Part shown: one piece after another, positions 47,943 to 61,298 of the stretch
How the letters are laid out: each line of letters opens with the position of its first letter
Numbering within the stretch: the first letter of the stretch is position 1
Source: Schizosaccharomyces osmophilus
Lineage: Eukaryota
Reading direction: 5' to 3'
NCBI RefSeq assembly: GCF_027921745.1
Contig: NC_079240.1
Coordinates: forward strand, 1,550,001-1,614,000
DNA: 64,000 nt
Position numbers and translations under genes: made by a program
The notes under the pieces: generated by a model
Databases searched by the model: none
What the model saw: the letters and a program-made list of their open reading frames with translations, nothing else
What the model was told of the DNA's origin: nothing

Positions 47943-48640
47943 GACGCTTATTTACTTATTTACAAAGTTCAACTCATTGTGGGGTTTGTTTACAAACAAA
48001 CCAACTCGAAAGGAGATATCCTAAAGGATCAAAACAAGAGAATTAAAAGAGATTATTAATGATCGCCTTCATTTTCCTTTTCTATCTTCATAAGATTTCC
48101 CGTTGAGTCTCTAAACCAGACCCATATTTAATAGAAACGAGTCTTTCATACCAATAGACAAATCAGAGCAAGTGTGAAACGAGCTTTCGCGCTCTTTTCA
48201 AACCCATACTTTTAATTTCTTAACCGATTCTCTGCTACAGGACGAAACGCCTCAACCAGCACACCTCCCATCGAACATACCCAGTCTATTTCATTTCTTC
48301 CGTCTTTCTCCATCCCAGCCATAGCGTTAGGGTTCGTTACGATGCAGTAAAATACTTAACAAACCGCTCTTTCCACACATTATAGAAGATAACGATGATG
48401 TACCCCGCCTATTGTAACTGTGAGGATTGGTTGGCGCGTCAGAGATTTCGGAGGAAAACATCCAATGAGGATTCATGCAATCAATATAAATGGGGAATAG
48501 GAGGGCTTGAAATTCTTCTTTAGCAAACTCCAGAAAAAACCAATTTTGCGAAATTTCAAAAAAACCATTGAAATTTCTACCTTTTTTGCGGATTTCATTC
48601 AATCTTTTCTTGTGTAATCATTCTCTTTTAACCTGTCAAG

Positions 48641-48970
48641 ATGCCTTACGCTCCCGGTGACGAAAAGAAAGGTGCTTCCTTGTTCAAGACTCGTTGCGCC
48701 CAATGCCACACTGTCGATAAAGGCGGCGCTCACAAGGTCGGTCCTAACTTGCACGGTGTATTTGGCCGTAAGACCGGTCAAGCTACAGGCTACGCTTACA
48801 CTGAAGCCAACCGCGACAAGGGTATCACTTGGGACGAAAACACCTTGTTTGACTATCTCGAAAACCCCAAGAAGTACATTCCCGGTACCAAAATGGCCTT
48901 TGCTGGTTTCAAGAAGCCCGCTGACCGTAACAATGTCGTTACTTTCTTGAAGAACGCTACCTCCGATTAA
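48641..48970 (+). CDS. cyc1: Cytochrome c
   Basis: CAQCH heme motif, [19 protein letters not shown]. Confidence 0.98.
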   Translation: MPYAPGDEKKGASLFKTRCAQCHTVDKGGAHKVGPNLHGVFGRKTGQATGYAYTEANRDKGITWDENTLFDYLENPKKYIPGTKMAFAGFKKPADRNNVVTFLKNATSD

Positions 48971-50119
48971 ATGCGAAATCGGTAGATATTATCATCGTTA
49001 ATTTGATAGATGGATGGATGAATGAATTCCTTTTGTTCATTCCTATCATATTTTCTTCGTCTTCTTAATTCCTCATACTTTTTCGATTTAATTCAATGTC
49101 ATCTCCATCCATTCTCTTTTTCTACGCTCTTCTAATGCTCATCGTTTCTTTACGAGTTTGGTAGATGATCCACGTAGTTTTCCATGGATTCCTGCAATCT
49201 CTTTTCCTGGCTTTATTTTCCTTTTTCGTGCCATTCATGAGCTATCCACAGGAAACAAAACAGCCATCCAAAACAAAAGGCACTAAGAAAAAAAGAGAGC
49301 GTTATACTTTGCTTTTCCTGATTTTTTTTTCTGGAAAAGAATCACATTTGATTTTCTATGATCTCCTTTTTATTCATTCATCCCTTCTTTCCTTTTTTAC
49401 AGTTTCTCTTACGTTTTACCCGCTGCTTTCTTGGTAGCTTGTTTGCTTCCCAAAAAAAAAAAGAAAAAGACGATATTCTTTTCCATCCACGGAGTGGACT
49501 TGTGATGGTGTCTCGTTTTCTCTTCCTTTCTCTGGTGAAGCATTCATACTCTTGAATACGTTTCTAGCCGCAATATTGTCTAGTAACATTTACAGCAGCA
49601 GCAGCAGCACCAAGGCGAGACAGAGACTTGCTTTCTTTTGTTGCCGAATATTCTTGACAAAAACCCTCAAGGCTTAAAAAAATCATTGTAGTAAACAATT
49701 GATCTCATTTCCTTTCCTCAATTCAACACAAAACTTTTTCTGAAACGGTAGCAACTCTTTTGAACCATGAGCGAGCAAGCACAATAGAAAAAGATCGTTG
49801 ACGGTACTTTTCAAAACCACTGTACCTGATTCTTTTTTTTTTTTTTTTTTTTTTCACCATTCAAATACTAAAGATACAAAATCCTTACAAGAGCGCATCA
49901 ATTGCAAATTCAAATTATGCAGAAACCTTCCTCTGTCCAAAGAACCACCAGCCAAGCTAGCCGGTCTTGACTTGGTGGATGCATCCTCGTTTATGCCACT
50001 ATGGTGGAGCTCACTAATCGAAATACGAAGGGAATGCAACGCATCTAGCAAGTCCTGGACAACAGGCGAAAGAGCGAAGTCTGAAAAAAAAAAGAAAAAA
50101 AAAACTACCATCTTGCTGA

Positions 50120-50524
50120 ATGGAGTGGGAGGAAGTGACGGATTTTGAACAAATCCAATACCAAAAAGGATACGACGAGGGAACGGCTGTGGGACATCAG
50201 CAAGGGTACGAGGAGGCCTTTCTATTTGGCTTAGAACATGCGTACGAAAAGTTTCTCTTGATCGGTGAAATTTATGGACGTGTCTGTGTTTGGCTACAGG
50301 ACGAGAATGTCAGACAACCGAAAGTGAAAAAGGCAAAAAAGCATTTGGAACAGTTGAAAACACTTTTAGACGCTTTGCCGTTCCACAATGAACACGAAAA
50401 TACAGAAGCAGGTTTCGACGCCTACTGGAATCGAATCACCGCGAAAACAAAAGTTGTTTCAAGCCTTCTAGGGATTAGAATCTTGCCGCTGGATGCAGAA
50501 CAAGACAATGACGGCTTTGAATAA
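50120..50524 (+). CDS. lto1: Yae1/Lto1-family Fe-S targeting factor
   Basis: N-terminal GX3 repeats (KGYDEG...GHQQGYEE...FG); position after cyc1. Confidence 0.75.
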   Translation: MEWEEVTDFEQIQYQKGYDEGTAVGHQQGYEEAFLFGLEHAYEKFLLIGEIYGRVCVWLQDENVRQPKVKKAKKHLEQLKTLLDALPFHNEHENTEAGFDAYWNRITAKTKVVSSLLGIRILPLDAEQDNDGFE

Positions 50525-51515
50525 CTTTTAAACCGTCTATTTCCCTCTACTTTGCTATTCAAATTTGCCGTCTGCATTTTCCTTCGAGTCTTCTCTTCCT
50601 GGGTACTTACTTTGCGTAGAAAACGAACTTTCTGCAGGAAATTGTAAGTATTCCTTGTTCATCGTTTCCTGCATGAGCTTATGGCAATATACACTCTTAC
50701 CGTCCTACATTCTATTCACATCCTCCTGCTGGCAATACATCCAACCGCCTTTCTTCACTGACTACCTCGTCATTTATCATAGATTATTTAGACATCAAAC
50801 ACTTTTTGGAATTAATTTTATGGTATATCATTTATTATAAAAAAAAAAACAATGCTAATCATCTATATCAGTTTTATGTGCAACTAAAACGATTTTTTCA
50901 ATTCCTTGTATCTGTTCATTTGTCTCCCGACACAAGTTCTTTAGTCACTGGTTTGTCACCATTTCCTATTGGCCTATTTTTGACTTTTCTAGCTGGTAAG
51001 TTGCAACTAGAAAAGCTTCGAGTAGGCCTATTCTTTATATCGTAATTTCAGGTTTCATAGCTTTTGTTTTCATTCTATTTACAGTTTGAAGTTCGTTTCA
51101 CCACCATGAATTCAATGAGATAATAGAATCGATTTCCATACGAGTATCTTTTCTATCCAAGTTTCTCCATATTGGCTCTAGTCAAGTTTAGTTTACAATG
51201 TAATCTCCATTAGCGTCTTTATGACTGCTTTTTATCGCGTTTTGTTTTGTTATCTAGTTTACTGAAGCCGAACGAACATTTACTCACCAAAATAAAGATT
51301 CCAAATTCATTGTAAGGAAAATAGGTAGTAAAGGATTTTGCGGAAGGGCTTGTTTGGGTCTAGTGGGCTTTTGTATGCAGTAGCCATAGCAAAACATCTC
51401 TAATATAAGGTCATATTATTCAAAAAAAACATGGAAGTACAACCTTCTGTCATATGCCTATTCTATAATCACATACTTATCAACTAATTAAACACTCATT
51501 ATGTACAAAAGTCCA

Positions 51516-53899
51516 TTAACCTAGGTGAAACAAAACAGTTTGCTTTTTTCCATTCTTTTTTTTCGAAGCTGAAGGTCGATTCGCCGAATCCGAGGCAGAG
51601 GATACTGCTTGAGCTTCAGAAGCAGCCCGAAAATCTGCTCCACGCGCTGGCTTTTTGCCAATCTGGACTTGAATCCTCTTCGAAGTAGAAGGAGGAAGAG
51701 AAGGAAAATCAACCTCAGAATTCATTTTCAGAGCTGATGATCTTGTTTTCGTGGGTATACCCCAAGAAGGAAGGGATCTAGTATTGACGTTTCTGACAGG
51801 AGCTGGAGAAGAAGCCGAAGCTTTCAATTTGCTTCTAGACGAAGGTGCCGATAATGCGGGCCCGCTATGTCTAGCGGCTGTTTCGATACGGTTCCAAACA
51901 CTTGCAGTTTGAGCAGCTGTTCGATTTGATTTCTTTAAGCGCAACAAATTGGCATTATTTGTACCAATATGAGGCTGATCCTGAGAATTCATAATCTTCC
52001 ATTCGTGCCATCCTTCAAGAAGCTCTTTGCTTTTATCTTTATTCTCTAATAAATCTGCAATATGATTCATAATTCCTGAAAGTTGTTCTTGTGGCTTGGA
52101 TACCAACCTGGTAATACGATCCATAGCTTCTCGAGCCGACATCACATTTCCACGGAAAGACGAAACTGCAAATTTAAACTCATTAACCTTATTCTCGTCA
52201 AAACCTGTTAGTTTCATCATCCGGTCAATAACTTGCTGGTGTTGACCCTGTACATTAGAAACCATGGGAGAGCCTTTCTTGGCCGTAGCAGCAGCTTTTA
52301 GATTTTGAGATGATGACATACGAGAAATGGCAGGAGACGAGGTACGGCTACTCGCTGCAACTGTCGTGCGGACAGGACTAGGGGAAGGTTGACTCACCCG
52401 TGCTTGGGGGTTCGAAAGTTCATTAAGCGAAGGAAATTCTTCTATTCTCAAGGCCCTTTGCTTTCCGATAGCACCGGTTCTGGGAGCTGCTGTAGAAACT
52501 GGTCTGGAAGATGCTGCGGCAGATGGCGCTGGCGATGATAAGGCAAATCCAAAATTTGCATTACGAGCTTGTTGCGAACTCATATATTCTTCGTGTCTTA
52601 TATGAGCAATCTCTTCACGAGATAAATGCAAGTTTGCCAATGAAGAAGTCGCCTCTTCAGTGGAAGCATTGGATGGATTTTTTCGGTTTCGGCGAGTTCT
52701 TCCCAAACCGCTTCCTGGGGGTTCATACTCAAATTCTGGAACGATTGTGCGTGCTTCTCGTAACTCTTTAGCACTAAGTCGTTGAGGATGCTCTTCTAAT
52801 TGATGAGCTTTTAAGTCAATTTCGGTACCAAAAACCACAAATTTTCTTTCTACACACTCCCTTTCGGTGCAAACAAAATGGTCTTTTTCAAAATGACGTT
52901 CCAAGGCATTGTAGTTTCTGTAGTATTGGTGGGTAGGACGACCCGAAAGCTGATCACAAATATAACAACGCTCATGTTTCTCACGACAATGCTTGTAAAG
53001 CTCGTCGTCATCATAATAATGAGAGCTACAAAAACCGCACTTAGGGTGTCCCCTAAACCCAGTAACGTCCAGATCAGCACCCTGGTCACCTACTTCACAA
53101 TGCTTTGTCAATCCCTTCTTAGAAAATAGGGTATGCTCATGGGTAAACACTTTCTTGTGGTTGATACATAAATCACAAAAATACTTGTGATGCGTCACTT
53201 TACAGTGAAGCTTCAAATCAAACCATCCTTTGCAAGTGATATCGCAAGCCTCTTCTGGACAATTGAATTGAAGTAAAAGATTGCATTCGTCTTGTACTTT
53301 TTGATTATCATACAGAAGTCCAAGCTTCTTGTCTTGAAATGGAAAATTATCCATTTCAACGTCTCGGATATCCATATCATGGTCTTGGGTAATTGAAATC
53401 ACGTCCCATGGGACCTTACAGAATGTACATTCTTTAGTTTTGTACAAAGCGCGCAAACGTATGGCGCAAATATGGCACATACCTGTTTGATTAAAGGTTA
53501 GTAAAAATGCATGAACTGCAGCTAATTTCTTTGCTGGATAACTTACGATGATTACAGGGAAGAATGCATGTATACGCAATTGGTTCAGCACAAATAAAGC
53601 AAATTTGCTCTTCTTCTTCTTCGTCCCCAGCAGTTACGCTTTTGGTTACAGTAGTCTCTTTTTTATTTTCCTCCTCCTTATCTGAGTCTTCAATTCCAAC
53701 AGGCTGGAGTTTAACAGCATTTTTCTGTGCTTCCTTTTTTGCTGCTACCTCTAAAGACTTGGTTATTATCCACTTGAGCTTTATAAATTTTCGTTCTCAT
53801 ACCAGAATTTGCAGGTTTCCTCTGATTATTTTTTACAGGTTTATTTTTTTGGTTGCTTTTTGGTTTTTTATTATCAGAAGCAGTCTCTGGCGACGGCAT
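51516..53899 (-). CDS. hel2: RING E3 ligase for ribosome quality control (Hel2/ZNF598); exons 53899-53803, 53750-53547 and 53482-51516
   Basis: Spliced RING CFICAE...PCNHRMCHICAIRLRALY..KECTFCK; C2H2 fingers; GHPKCGFC; EEFPSL/DFPSLP; KKQTVLFHLG end. Confidence 0.92.
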
Positions 53900-55228
53900 T
53901 TCGTTTTGTTTATACTGAATATCAAAATTGGTTCTGGGTAAGAAATGTACTTTCGTATTTTAAGTATATGCTACCGAAAGAACAGAGGAAAATTCACCAC
54001 AAAGGCAGTAATCAAACAGACTTTTTCTAGTTTGTAAGCATTTTCCTGTATTTATTAATTAGCACATGGACTCTTGAAGTTCTTTTGTGGAAGCAAAAGT
54101 TCCAATGAAAGAAAAACCTTTTCTAGGCTAGTAAAATGAAATTGCCAAATATGAGCTTAAATAGCTTTGAAACGTTCATATATAATGCTAAGATACTTTG
54201 CATCGCTCTCAATGAGAATTCAATGATAAAAGTTTCCTTGCCTCGTCGAGTCTCCTACTTTAAAAATGTGTCATCTCGCCTCAATCAAAGTTTTGAGAGA
54301 ATAGTATATCCTAGTTTATACTTATGAAGCAATATATTATGCGTTATCCCATTTATGTCATCCGTATAAGGAATCCGAGTCCATCAACTGTGCCTTGAAT
54401 ATCTCATTCTATTTTACGTCCCTTTAAAGGACGAAACCTGCTTTATTGTATGCATCTATTTCAGATGAAAATTTGATTGTGCAAGAATGACTCGTCGCCT
54501 AAACCAAAAGAGCAACGGCCGTTTCGGTTTTTGATACTGGAAATGCTTACGAAAGACATACAGACTAATTTAAGCAATAACAAAATAGCTATGAAAAAAC
54601 CAGTAAAAAAAGTAATTAACAAGCTAAAAATATGCTGTGGATCTGACGTCTATTACATCTTAAGGTGCTGGATATCCAGGAGACGGATTTTTTTGAATTG
54701 TGTCTCCATCGCTTGATTCATTGCAACAACCATGGCTACAGCGATTAACCAAGACAGGTATTTGTACTTTGCCACAGCCTGTCTCTATGCATCTCTTGAT
54801 ACGCCTTCTAAAGATGTTTGAAACATAATATTTATTAACCAGCATGATATCCGTTAAACAAGGTGAAATAAACCGACCTAAAATGAAAGGAAAAGACTAT
54901 AAAGTACTCATTAAAATTCACAAGAAGAAAACTCTCGAAAGGCATTCAGTTTGTTGCGAATTCCAATGCACACAATCATGTACAAATTTCATGGAGAAGT
55001 ATTCATAGAAATAGCGATTTTATTAAGACATAAAAAGAAGCATCTCAGAGTATGATACAAAAATATAAGAAATACGGGGTCCTGCGGCTGAAGGCCTTTT
55101 GAAAACAAACAATCAATGTACAGTGGTTTCTGAGCTTGGAATTTACTAAAAGTCCTAGTTGCCAGAATATTTGACAAAGGAATAAACAGTAAATTTCAAA
55201 AGAAAAATGAGATCACCCATATATCCTT

Positions 55229-56212
55229 TTACTCGTCTTTGTTATCTTCCTCCTCCTCCTCGGGAGAAGCTTCAGGCTTGCTCTCTTCCTCAGGGTTTTC
55301 AGTATTTTCAGCGTTTTCGGGTGTTTCAACCTTCTCAGCTGCAGGTTCCGCTGGGGCTGGTTGTTTGGGGAGCTTGTCATCAGGAATCTTGGTCATTAAC
55401 GAAGTCAAGTACTAATTCATTAGCAAACATAAAAATTTTTATAAAATCAATTGTATCTTACCTTGTTCATGGTAAACATGTGAAGGTTGTCCACATTGAA
55501 TACATGTTTCAACTTGTCATCACACAAGATGGTACGCTTGTCATTGGGGTCCTGGAGATCGTTGGCCTTAATGTACTCCCATAGTTTTTTTACGGTTTGA
55601 GGACGAGACATCTGTTACGTTAATAAGGATTTTGAAGTCATACAGCAGATAGCGCTTGTCTAAGAATATGCCTATTCCTCGACTTTCTTGTCTACCAAAA
55701 AATAGAGCGACAGCTGCTGTTAATGAAGTTTTTACCTGTTCGACATTAAGAAACTCGGCAAGCTTGGGGTCCAACTGCATGGGCCTGTTCAAAGGGTTGT
55801 TGGCCGGGTCCACATTGCGTTTCTTTTTCTGACCGTCTTCACCTTCTTCAGCACCCTTGCGCTTTCTAGTCTTCTTAGCTGGCTTAGCGCCTTCAGCAGC
55901 ACCGTCCTCAGTGTTCTTGGAGCCACGAGACTTCCTGGCGGGCTTTGTCTCTAGAAATTCAGCTGTCAGCAACATGCATTTGAAATATACAAAACGTTAT
56001 TGTATTTCAATTTGCTTACCCGAGCCGCCTCCGCTCTGAGGAGCAGCTGTTTCATCGAAACATTGCAAAATTAGTGCGTTTAACTCTTTTTTGCTCGAAC
56101 TTAAATCAACCTTCTTTTTTTCTTCCAGTAATTGTCGAACTTGTTTAGCTGACACAGTTTGACGATTTACTGTACCAAGAATATCCTTTATATCGCTCCT
56201 ATACTGATCCAT
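55229..56212 (-). CDS. spp27: DEK-C/SWIB protein, RNA Pol I upstream activation factor subunit (Uaf30-like); exons 56212-56020, 55950-55736, 55611-55462 and 55411-55229
   Basis: SAKQVRQLLE DEK-C domain; LAEFL..MSRPQTVKKLWEYIKANDLQDPNDKRTILCDDKL..MFTMNKYL SWIB domain after splicing. Confidence 0.9.
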
Positions 56213-56395
56213 CCTTCTATTACTATATATTACAGTGTTACTATGACCTTATTATAAGTTGGTCAAGGTATAGTGTAGTAAGTGGTGTTGGTAGTAGAAC
56301 TTCCAAGTCGCCGACCAAGGGAATACGCACTTCCACGAAATTTGACCTCATATAATACTGTTGTTGGCATAAGAATATTTCAATAATAATGAAAA

Positions 56396-56490
56396 ACGCG
56401 TCAAATACTTATATTAAATGTGTTATTAGTTTTTAATTAGCTTGTATGAAAATTTTTTGTATATGTATTTAATGTATATATGGAACGCGT
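56396..56490. promoter_or_regulatory. MCB elements upstream of msh6
   Basis: ACGCGT at 56396-56401 and 56485-56490. Confidence 0.75.
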
Positions 56491-56560
56491 TTTTGTTTAT
56501 TAGTCCGTGTCGCGATCGGCGTAAACAACTTGCCCAAAACCATATTCAAATTGAAGAATT

Positions 56561-59500
56561 ATGAGCAAGGGAAGAGTGGAAAAAGTACAAGGAAATGAGC
56601 AAATTGAACCAATAAAATCAAAACAAAGAACTCTTTTTGGGTTTTTCTCCAAAATCCCGACTCCTAAGAAAGAGTCTCCATCTTCCTCCATACCTTTGCA
56701 AAAGTCTTCCGCGTCGCCAACTGCCGGCGGTACCGGCGACGCCAAACGGAAACCATTACAGAGTCAAGAGAATGAATTGCCTGTTCGTATTCCCGAAGAA
56801 TCCCTTCAAAACACTTTTTCGTCTCATCCATCTAGTGATCCCTTTTCGTCTCCATTGTCGAGTAACGTACAGCGGTCCTCACCAAAGAGGCCTTTGGATT
56901 CGTATGAGGATGGGAACACTCCCAAGAATGTGAATGGAAAATTACTTCGAACTTCAGAACACATGGATACTGCTGTTCATTCCCCTCCCCGTGACAACGA
57001 CTCTGATGTTTCCTTGGATTCCCCCACCAAAAATAAGTCACAAAATATTGAATTGGATTCCTCTTTACAGTCAGACCCTCAATTTTTCCCTTCTAGCCAT
57101 CTCACGTTATCTTCCTCTTCAACAACACATGAAGACCCTGAGAAGAAATCGAATCCCCAAAGTGGGGGAAGGAGGTCCAGAAAGGTATGTAGTATCTTCC
57201 CAGTGTTCGTCGTATTCCTTTACTAACAATTAAGCCTGTGTCGTACCAAGAAAGTGACGAGGAGGATGCAGTATTGGCAGACGTGAAAGGATCAAGAGCC
57301 AATCGTCGTAGAAAAATAGTACTTGATGACGACGATGCTGATTTCGAAGAATATGTAGAGCCAGAACAGGAAAATGAGGCTTCTTCTGATGAGTCCATTC
57401 CAGCCAAAGAAGAAATACCTGAAGATGACCTTATGGACGAGGAAAACGAAGAGATGGATGACGATGATCATAATCCTCCATTGGCAGCCCCAAAGCCAGT
57501 GAACAGATCAAAGCCTTCAAAATCAATGTATGAAAATTATCGTTTGGGTTCAAACTTGGCCTCTGCAGATTTACCTTCCCCTAGATCCGCCTCTCCCTCC
57601 AAGGCAACCGCATCTGGTGTTATGAATAGAGAAGAAAAACGAAGATTGCGCATGGAAGCCTTTAAAAAGGATAATCTAGAACGCTATGAATGGCTTTTAG
57701 ATGTGCGTGATGCTGATAAAAATCGTCCTGGTGATCCCAACTTTGATCCTCGAACTCTTTATATTCCTCCTTCAGCCTGGTCGTCTTTCAAACCATTCGA
57801 AAAACAGTTCTGGGAAATCAAGAAAAATCTTATGGACACTGTAGTCTTCTTTCAGAAGGGAAAGTTCTACGAGTTATATGAGAATGATGCCGCAATTGGT
57901 CATCAAATTTTTTCTTTGAAACTCACGGACCGTGTTAACATGAAGATGGTCGGAATTCCAGAAGCCAGCTTTGACTATTGGGCTTCACAGTTTGTGGCCA
58001 AAGGCTATCGTATTGCTCGTGTTGATCAGCTCGAAACTGCTTTGGGTAAAGAAATGAAGGATCGCCAACGAACTCAAAAAGAAGAAAAGGTTGTACAACG
58101 GGGCTTGACACAGGTTCTTACTAGTGGCACTCTAGTTGATGAAGCTATGCTAACATCCGATCTTTCCACTTATTGTATGGCAATTAAAGAGCTCATTCGC
58201 TTCGATAGTGATGAGCCATCATTTGGCATCTGTTTTATCGATACTTCTACTGGTGGATTTCAACTTTGTGAATTTACGGATGATATCCATAGAACGAAGC
58301 TTGATACTCTGCTGACTCAAACGCGTCCGAGGGAGCTTATCTTAGAAAAATCTGAAGTATCTCAGAAATCTATGAAAGTGATGAAGTACTGTGTTTCTTC
58401 AGCAGCAATTTGGAATTTTATAAAGCCATATACTGAGTTTTGGGATAAAGAGAGGGTTATTCGAGAAATTATTTCTGCAAACTATTTTGAAAATGGACTA
58501 AAAGAAGCTCCCAAAGTACTTTCGAGAGTTTTAGAAACCAAAGAACTAGCCTCTAGTGCGTTTGGTGCTTTGGTTTGGTATTTGCGTCAACTGAAAATGG
58601 ATAAAGATATGTGCTCTATGGGTAATTTTATGGAATACGATACATCCCAACATTCTACTTCTCTCCTTATGAATGGTCAAACCTTGAAAAACTTAGAGAT
58701 TTTTTCTAATTCATTTGATGGTGGTGATAAAGGTACGCTGTTCAGTCTTTTATGCCGTTGTGTAACACCTTTTGGAAAGCGGTTGTTTCACACATGGTTA
58801 TGTCATCCTTTGAGGTCACCTGTTGCCATAAATGCCAGGTTAGATGTGATTGAACTAATTGCAGATAATCCTTCCATTAGAGACACGATATGGGGCTTCA
58901 TGCATAAACTTCCCGATCTTGAGCGATTAATATCGCGAGTCCATGCTGGAAGAAGCAAGGCAAGTGATTTTGTTCGTGTATTAGAAGGATTCCAAAAGAT
59001 ATCTTTAGCATTTCAACAACTTCAGTCTGAATTTCAGGATATTGCTAAGGGTACTTTATTAGCACAATTGATAGAAAATGCTCCCGATATGCAAGAAGAA
59101 CTTCAATCTTGGACACGTGCTTTCAACTGGCGGAAAGCATCAGAAGAAGGCGTGTTTGTCCCAGAACCTGGTTTCGAAGCTGAATATGATCAATCCCAAC
59201 AATACCAGACTGAGCTGAAATCTGAGCTGTATGAGCTATTAGAGCAGTATAAGAAGCAGCTTCGTTGCTCTTCTCTTAATTTCAAGCATGTCGGTAAAGA
59301 AGTGTATCAAATAGAGGTACCTTCTGATGTCAAAGTACCAGTAAATTGGTGTAAAATGTCAGGCACGAAGAAGGCAAATCGCTATTATAATGACGATTTG
59401 AGGAAAAAAATTAGGAAGTTACTCGAAGCTGAAGAAGTTCATTTGTCAATTATGTCGCGAATGCAGGACAAGTTCTACACAAGATTCGATGGTAATTATG

Positions 59501-60441
59501 AAAAATGGCTAGCATTAATCAAATGTACTGCTTCTATAGATTGCTTTTTCAGTCTTTCTCAGGCTGCTGCTGCGTTGGGTGAGCCCTACTGCCGACCAGA
59601 AATTGTTGAGGGTGACAAAGGTGAATTGGTATTTGATGAGTTAAGGCACCCATGCATAAACGCTACGGCTGCCGCTACATTTGTACCAAATGACGTTACA
59701 CTAGGTGGGAATTCAGCCAACATGGTGGTCCTGACTGGTCCCAATATGGCTGGTAAATCTACACTGCTTCGTCAGGTGTGCGTAGCAGTCATCATGGCTC
59801 AGCTTGGCTGTTGGGTACCTGCGAAATATGCTAGATTGACTCCTATGGACAGTATTCATACACGATTAGGTGCCAATGATGATATCATGTCAGCTAGAAG
59901 TACCTTCATGGTGGAGTTGTCAGAAACTAAAAAAATAATCGAAGAAACTGGACCAAAGAGTCTAGTTATTTTAGATGAGCTTGGACGTGGTACCAGTACG
60001 CATGACGGTCATGCAATAGCGTATGCTGTTTTGCATCATTTGGTGTCCAAGCTCGGTTGTCTGGGATTTTTCTCCACACATTATCAAAGTCTCTGTATAG
60101 ACTTTATAAAATATAAACAAGTTCGGCTTATGCAGATGGCTGCAGCTGTCGATGAGGAACATCGACGTGTTACGTTCCTTTATAAATTAGAGGATGGTAT
60201 TTGTCCAAAGTCTTATGGTATGAATGTTGCCAACATGGCTGGATTGCCGGAGGCAGTTATCGATGCAGCAGAACAGAAGGCCGAAGATATGGAAGCAACG
60301 ACAAAAAGTTTTCATAAAGCAACAGATGACATCGCTCTGGTTAGTGATTTCTTTCAATTAATGCGTATCAATGAAGGAAAAGAGCCATCGACGATGGCAA
60401 ATCTTCCCTTGATGCTTGACTGTATAGCAGGAGACAATTAA
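56561..60441 (+). CDS. msh6: MutS homolog Msh6; exons 56561-57184 and 57235-60441
   Basis: PIP box QRTLFGFF; FFQKGKFYELY mismatch motif; GPNMAGKST; DELGRGTS; intron 57185-57234 (GTATGT, TACTAAC, AAG). Confidence 0.96.
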
Positions 60442-60948
60442 GAAGAAGCATATACATGATTTGATATGAACCTACTGCTAAAAGTCTCCTTTTATGAATG
60501 ATTTAGGTGCAGGGAGGACTAATTGGTTTGCTGGCAAACCAAGTCAGATGAAAGTCTTTACTTTCTCTTGTGATTCTTAAGGTATTTAAATATTAATAAT
60601 ATTGTATTGAGTAATTGTTTAAGGTAAATTATTCCTTTGGTGGCTGCCATGAATATGAATTTTAATATAGTTACTTTTGTACAGCTTTGATTCCATAATA
60701 AGTTTCAGAAGATTTAAAGCAAATATTCATAAACTGAGGCCAGCTTTCCTTCAATTATTAAAGGCTTTAACATACTCTATAAAAGGAATACAAAACCCAC
60801 TTCGTGAAAGTTGTTTGTTTATTAACGCAATGCATTTGCACTCGCTACTCCACTATACCGAATCTCACCACCATCTCTATTTGGTTTCGTGACTGTTATT
60901 TCCATTCATATCAAAACTTGTACACTGAACGCGTAGTTTTCAACAAAC

Positions 60949-61203
60949 ATGGATTCCTCAAAGGTCCCAGTCAAATTGGCTAAGGTTATTAAAGTCCTTG
61001 GACGTACCGGATCTCGGTAAGTAGATTGTGGAATTATAACAAAAATTGACTAACATCTGTTTAGTGGTGGTGTCACCCAAGTCCGTGTCGAATTCATGGA
61101 TGACACTTCTCGTTCCATCATTCGTAACGTTAAGGGTCCTGTTCGCGAAGACGATATCCTTGTCTTGTTAGAATCTGAACGTGAAGCTAGACGCTTGCGT
61201 TAA
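60949..61203 (+). CDS. rps28: 40S ribosomal protein S28 (eS28); exons 60949-61016 and 61065-61203
   Basis: [33 protein letters not shown]...[26 protein letters not shown]; not in ORF track. Confidence 0.96.
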
Positions 61204-61298
61204 AAAATTGAAATCAAAGAGGATATTATTTTGCGATTCTTCATCGCCAATGTTTATTTGATTTTATTTCAGAGTACTTCAGCATGGTCCGGACGATT

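Noticed and set aside
54136..55177. Small ORFs between hel2 and spp27
   Set aside because: No motifs and no codon bias; probably UTR/promoter
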